In this document: in pieces, positions 60,611 through 64,000 of the stretch | Numbering within the stretch: position 1 is the stretch's first letter | Layout: the number at the start of each line of letters is the position of its first letter | DNA from: Octopus sinensis | Taxonomy: Eukaryota | Assembly: GCF_006345805.1 (NCBI RefSeq) | Contig: NC_042998.1 | Coordinates: forward strand, 205,344,001 to 205,408,000 | Direction of reading: 5' to 3' | DNA length: 64,000 bases | Position numbers and translations under genes: made by a program | Notes under the pieces: generated by a model | The model's input: only the letters and a program-made list of their open reading frames with translations | Databases searched by the model: none | What the model was told of the DNA's origin: nothing

Positions 60611-61444
60611 TGTTTCGAGCCTACGCTCTTCGACAGAAAGGATTAAGAGGGAAAGTAGGGGAAAGAATGAAAAGAAAAAAAAAAACCGAGCGAAAGATAA
60701 TTTTTTGTAGGGGTTAACGAAATATCCAGTATGTTTGTATGTATGTATGTATGTATGTATGTATGTATGTATGTATGTATGTATGTATGTATGTATGTAT
60801 AACAACAGCAAAAATTCATAATAATGCTAAATAGTTCAAGTCTACGGTAAGCAAATTGGTTACAGACACAACTGCAGATAGGAAAAGAAAGTTGTCCGAT
60901 GGCCACTAAACAAGACGGGACCAAATGCCGAATGACGAAACTAAAATCAATGTCTCGAATTGAAAGACCTTCATTTTAGTTCCTCTTTTTTAATAGATTT
61001 TATTATTTCTTGCAAACCATCAAACTTCCAGAAACTTCATCCATTTGGATATATTTTGAACATTTAAATTATTATACATACAGACCTACATTTATTCTGC
61101 TAGTGATGGGTCAGGTTTTAAATTGGATCTGGTTTTTGGGGCCTTAGTAAGTGAGTTCCAGAGTTTTGAAGAATGTGGGACCACCTCTTAGCCGCTGTTT
61201 TCCCCAAGTCTGCTCTGACCCGGTGTAGTAGCACCTGTTAAGGTCCCACTAGCATGTCTCTAGAACCGGCTTCAAACCCAGGCTACTGTGCCTGTTCCGA
61301 TAATCAGCGAATCCTCTGCATTGGTTGACTTTCGACTACAAAATGAGCCGCGACTGATCATACTATTCCAAAGTGTGTGTGCAGGTGACTGGGGACCACA
61401 TGGGAACTTGTTTTTCCACTGAAACTCCGAGCATGAACTCTATT

Positions 61445-61841
61445 TCTCTTTTTCTTTACTACCCACAAGGGGCTAAACACAGAGGGGACAAACAAGGACA
61501 GACAAACGGATTAAGTTAATTAGATCGACCCCAATGTGTAACAGGTACTTTATTTATCGACCCCGAAAGGATGAAAGGCAAAGTCGACCTCGGCGGAATT
61601 TGAACTCACAACGTAACGACAGACGAAATACCTATTTCTTTACTACCCACAAGGGGCTAAACACAGAGGGGACAAACAAGGACAGACAAACGGATTAAGT
61701 CGATTACATCGACCCAGTGCAAGATTGGTACTTTATTTATCGACCCCGAAAGGATGAAAGGCAAAGTCGACCTCGGCGGAATTTGAACTCAGAACGTAGC
61801 GACAGACGAAATACCGCTAACCATTCTGCCACTTCGCCGCC
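61445..61841 (-). mobile_element. SINE family A dimer
   Basis: Same junction at 61632/61633. Confidence 0.85.
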
Positions 61842-62637
61842 TCATGGACTCTATTTCTCATCAACAACTGACGGCTCCGTTTACGGCGTCCGCACTGGGC
61901 GACACACTTGCTCTCCCAATGAAGGAGTTTGGCAAGTTTGCAAGCTGAATTTTTTTGCCCCCATCCAGCCGACCCCGTCGGATGTGGTCAGTATTCGTGA
62001 GGAACGTAGTAACCCAACCCACTCCGACTGAATGCCGCCGCAAGCACAACTAAACGAGCACATTCCTCTGCTTCTTTCTGCCCTCAACTGGTTGTCATAT
62101 TCTTTTTGGGTCTCTTTTTTTTCTCCCCACTTTCTACGACCACACTGATGATGTAGTGAGACGAAAAAATAAGGGGTTCGAATCGATTGAAGTAACTCCT
62201 TCAACCATATGGAAGTGAATGAGAAAGTCTGCTATGATGAGAATTGATCCATGAACGCAAAGAAAGAAAACTAAATGCCACAAGACAGTGGGACAATAGT
62301 CCACGGTGAGGTTTGAACTCTGCACGTAGAGGTCGCTCAAATTGCTAGAAATAGCAGCTAAATCTCCTTCAAATCAAACACAGAAATTTTGATAAATGGA
62401 CTGATTAGGTTAAGAGGCCTGTGACTAACTGTTCTTGAATATAAGACTGGATAGTCACGGTCGAAACGTCTTCAATCATAATTCTGTTTTTGGAGGGAGG
62501 TGAATCAGGGTAAAACATTTCCAACAACGATACTACTGCTATGACTTTTGTACTTGATGACAATGATGATGATGACGGTCATAACGACAACGACGACGAC
62601 TATGACGGCGATAATGTCAATGGCTGAATTGGTAGAG

Positions 62638-62774
62638 GGATCTTTTCACTTTGACCGGCAGATTTTTAAAATAATTTCTTTGTAACTAAACACTTTTAAA
62701 CTTTGTATTCTGGTAGAATGTGTCACATAAAACATCTTTTTCTCTTGGAGTTGCCGGTCAAAGTGAAAAGATCC
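62638..62774. mobile_element. Internally deleted member of the GGATC-TIR MITE family
   Basis: GGATCTTTTCACTTTGACCGGCA ... TGCCGGTCAAAGTGAAAAGATCC; no TSD visible. Confidence 0.75.
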
Positions 62775-62778
62775 TGTA

Positions 62779-63324
62779 TGTTAGTTAGTTAATTCTTTGG
62801 CTCAAAAAGCAAAAAGCAAGGCCATGTAGGGGGAAATGGAGTTAAGTACAGGGTGGTGTTCATGCAAAGAGTTCAGGCCACTTGTGGTCAAGAGAGACTT
62901 TGAACCGAGCAGTCGTCGGCATTTTCACCATCTCGTCCGGCAGCTTATTCCACGGATCCGCAACCCGACAGAGAAAGCCCCTCTCCTTCGATTGAGATGA
63001 AATCGTCGCAGATAGAGCTTTTCGGAGTGACCCCGCAGCCGACGCTCTGGAGCAGGAGTGAAGAACAGCTCTTTCGAGAGGTTACACTTTCCGCTTATGA
63101 TGTTGTGAGCAAGAATGAGATCACCACGGCGTCGTCGTTTTTCAAGAGAATAAAGGTCGAGCATCTTCAGCCTTTCTTCAAAAGACAAATTCTTGAGACC
63201 AAGAACCATGCGGGTAGCCAGCTTCTGAACTCTTTCGAGATGCTGTATGTCTTTGAGGAGATAAGGAGAAGAGGCTTGAATCCTGTACTCCAAAATGGGT
63301 CTCACCAGCGTGACATAGAGCGGT
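62779..63324 (-). mobile_element. CR1-group LINE 3' fragment with (TAAC)n tail
   Basis: RPILEY...LERVQKLATRMV...YSLEKRRRRGDLI; the same 3' end recurs at 5879-6170. Confidence 0.9.
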
Positions 63325-63783
63325 ATGTGTATAAATTATACAAGTATATGTGTATGTGATGTGTATATATATTTATACATATACATATATATGTACGTAA
63401 ATGCCTGTATGTAATGTATGTATGTATGTATGTATGTATGTTGTATGTATGTATGTATGCCTGTATGTATGTATGGATAGACACATTATGATAATTATAA
63501 TCACTCCGTTTATGTTATATATAACTGTACGTTATGTCTGTCTGCATTTTCCGCGTTGACTGCATCATTTACTTTCGATTTCCGCTCGATAAATTGTACT
63601 TAGTCGAAATAAGCATTGGACGGCTTCCGTTGAAAATCTGCAGAGATTACCGCTGGGTTTGTAGAGAAGAACGTCTTAAACTTCAGAAAATTTATCAGAA
63701 ATTTGATTGTTGAGTCAAGATAGATGAAAACGTTACTTTGATTAATCAGAGATGCATCCTGTTGCATTCCCACTTCTAACCAA

Positions 63784-64000
63784 TCTCTCTATATAAAGCT
63801 GAAGTTGTCTGTGTGACAGTTTTGGTAGCCTTCAACTAACACTATCTCCTCCGAGACCCTGCGGCGCAAGTTGACCAAAATTGAGAGTATGATAGAAGAC
63901 GGCTTGCTCTTCCTTCCGTAGAAGAAAAAATTCAAATCGGACCATGTTAACACCAAAAATTATTTACATCAAAAAGGTGCTTTTTTTATGAAAATCCTTA
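63784..64000 (+). mobile_element. Probable Helitron 5' end, cut off by the window edge
   Basis: A|TCTCTCTATATAAAGCTGAAGTTGTCTGTGTG resembles the 5' ends of families A and B; the 3' end is not visible. Confidence 0.4.

Noticed and set aside
61850-62049. CpG-rich short ORFs with a TDGS motif (RNase H-like)
   Set aside because: No further RNase H motifs; too short to call.

Overview
This is AT-rich eukaryotic DNA. Its SINE, LINE and microsatellite content points to an octopus (coleoid cephalopod) genome; that assignment is by recognition, not a database search. Two spliced genes lie head-to-head. TMEM242 is on the minus strand (coding exons 9118-8974 and 4293-4193; later exons not found, probably left of the window). 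RSPH3 (radial spoke head 3) is on the plus strand, with six coding exons from 16654 to 36979 that join in frame; its terminal exon is unresolved. They appear to share a short CpG-enriched bidirectional promoter at about 9120-9540 with RFX X-box-like and E2F-like motifs. The rest is mostly mobile DNA: tRNA-derived SINEs (some as exact concatemers), RTE, CR1, Tx1/L1-like and R4/Dong-like LINE fragments, Penelope-like element (PLE) relics, mariner, piggyBac and hAT relics or MITEs, and several Helitrons including a head-to-tail dimer. The least explained signals are three minimal type I hammerhead ribozyme motifs (one sense in RSPH3 intron 5, and two co-oriented antisense motifs whose cut sites are 225 nt apart) and several long near-perfect hairpins in RSPH3 introns. 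No prokaryotic system or CRISPR array is present. Gene boundaries were read by hand to the base; many repeat boundaries are approximate.
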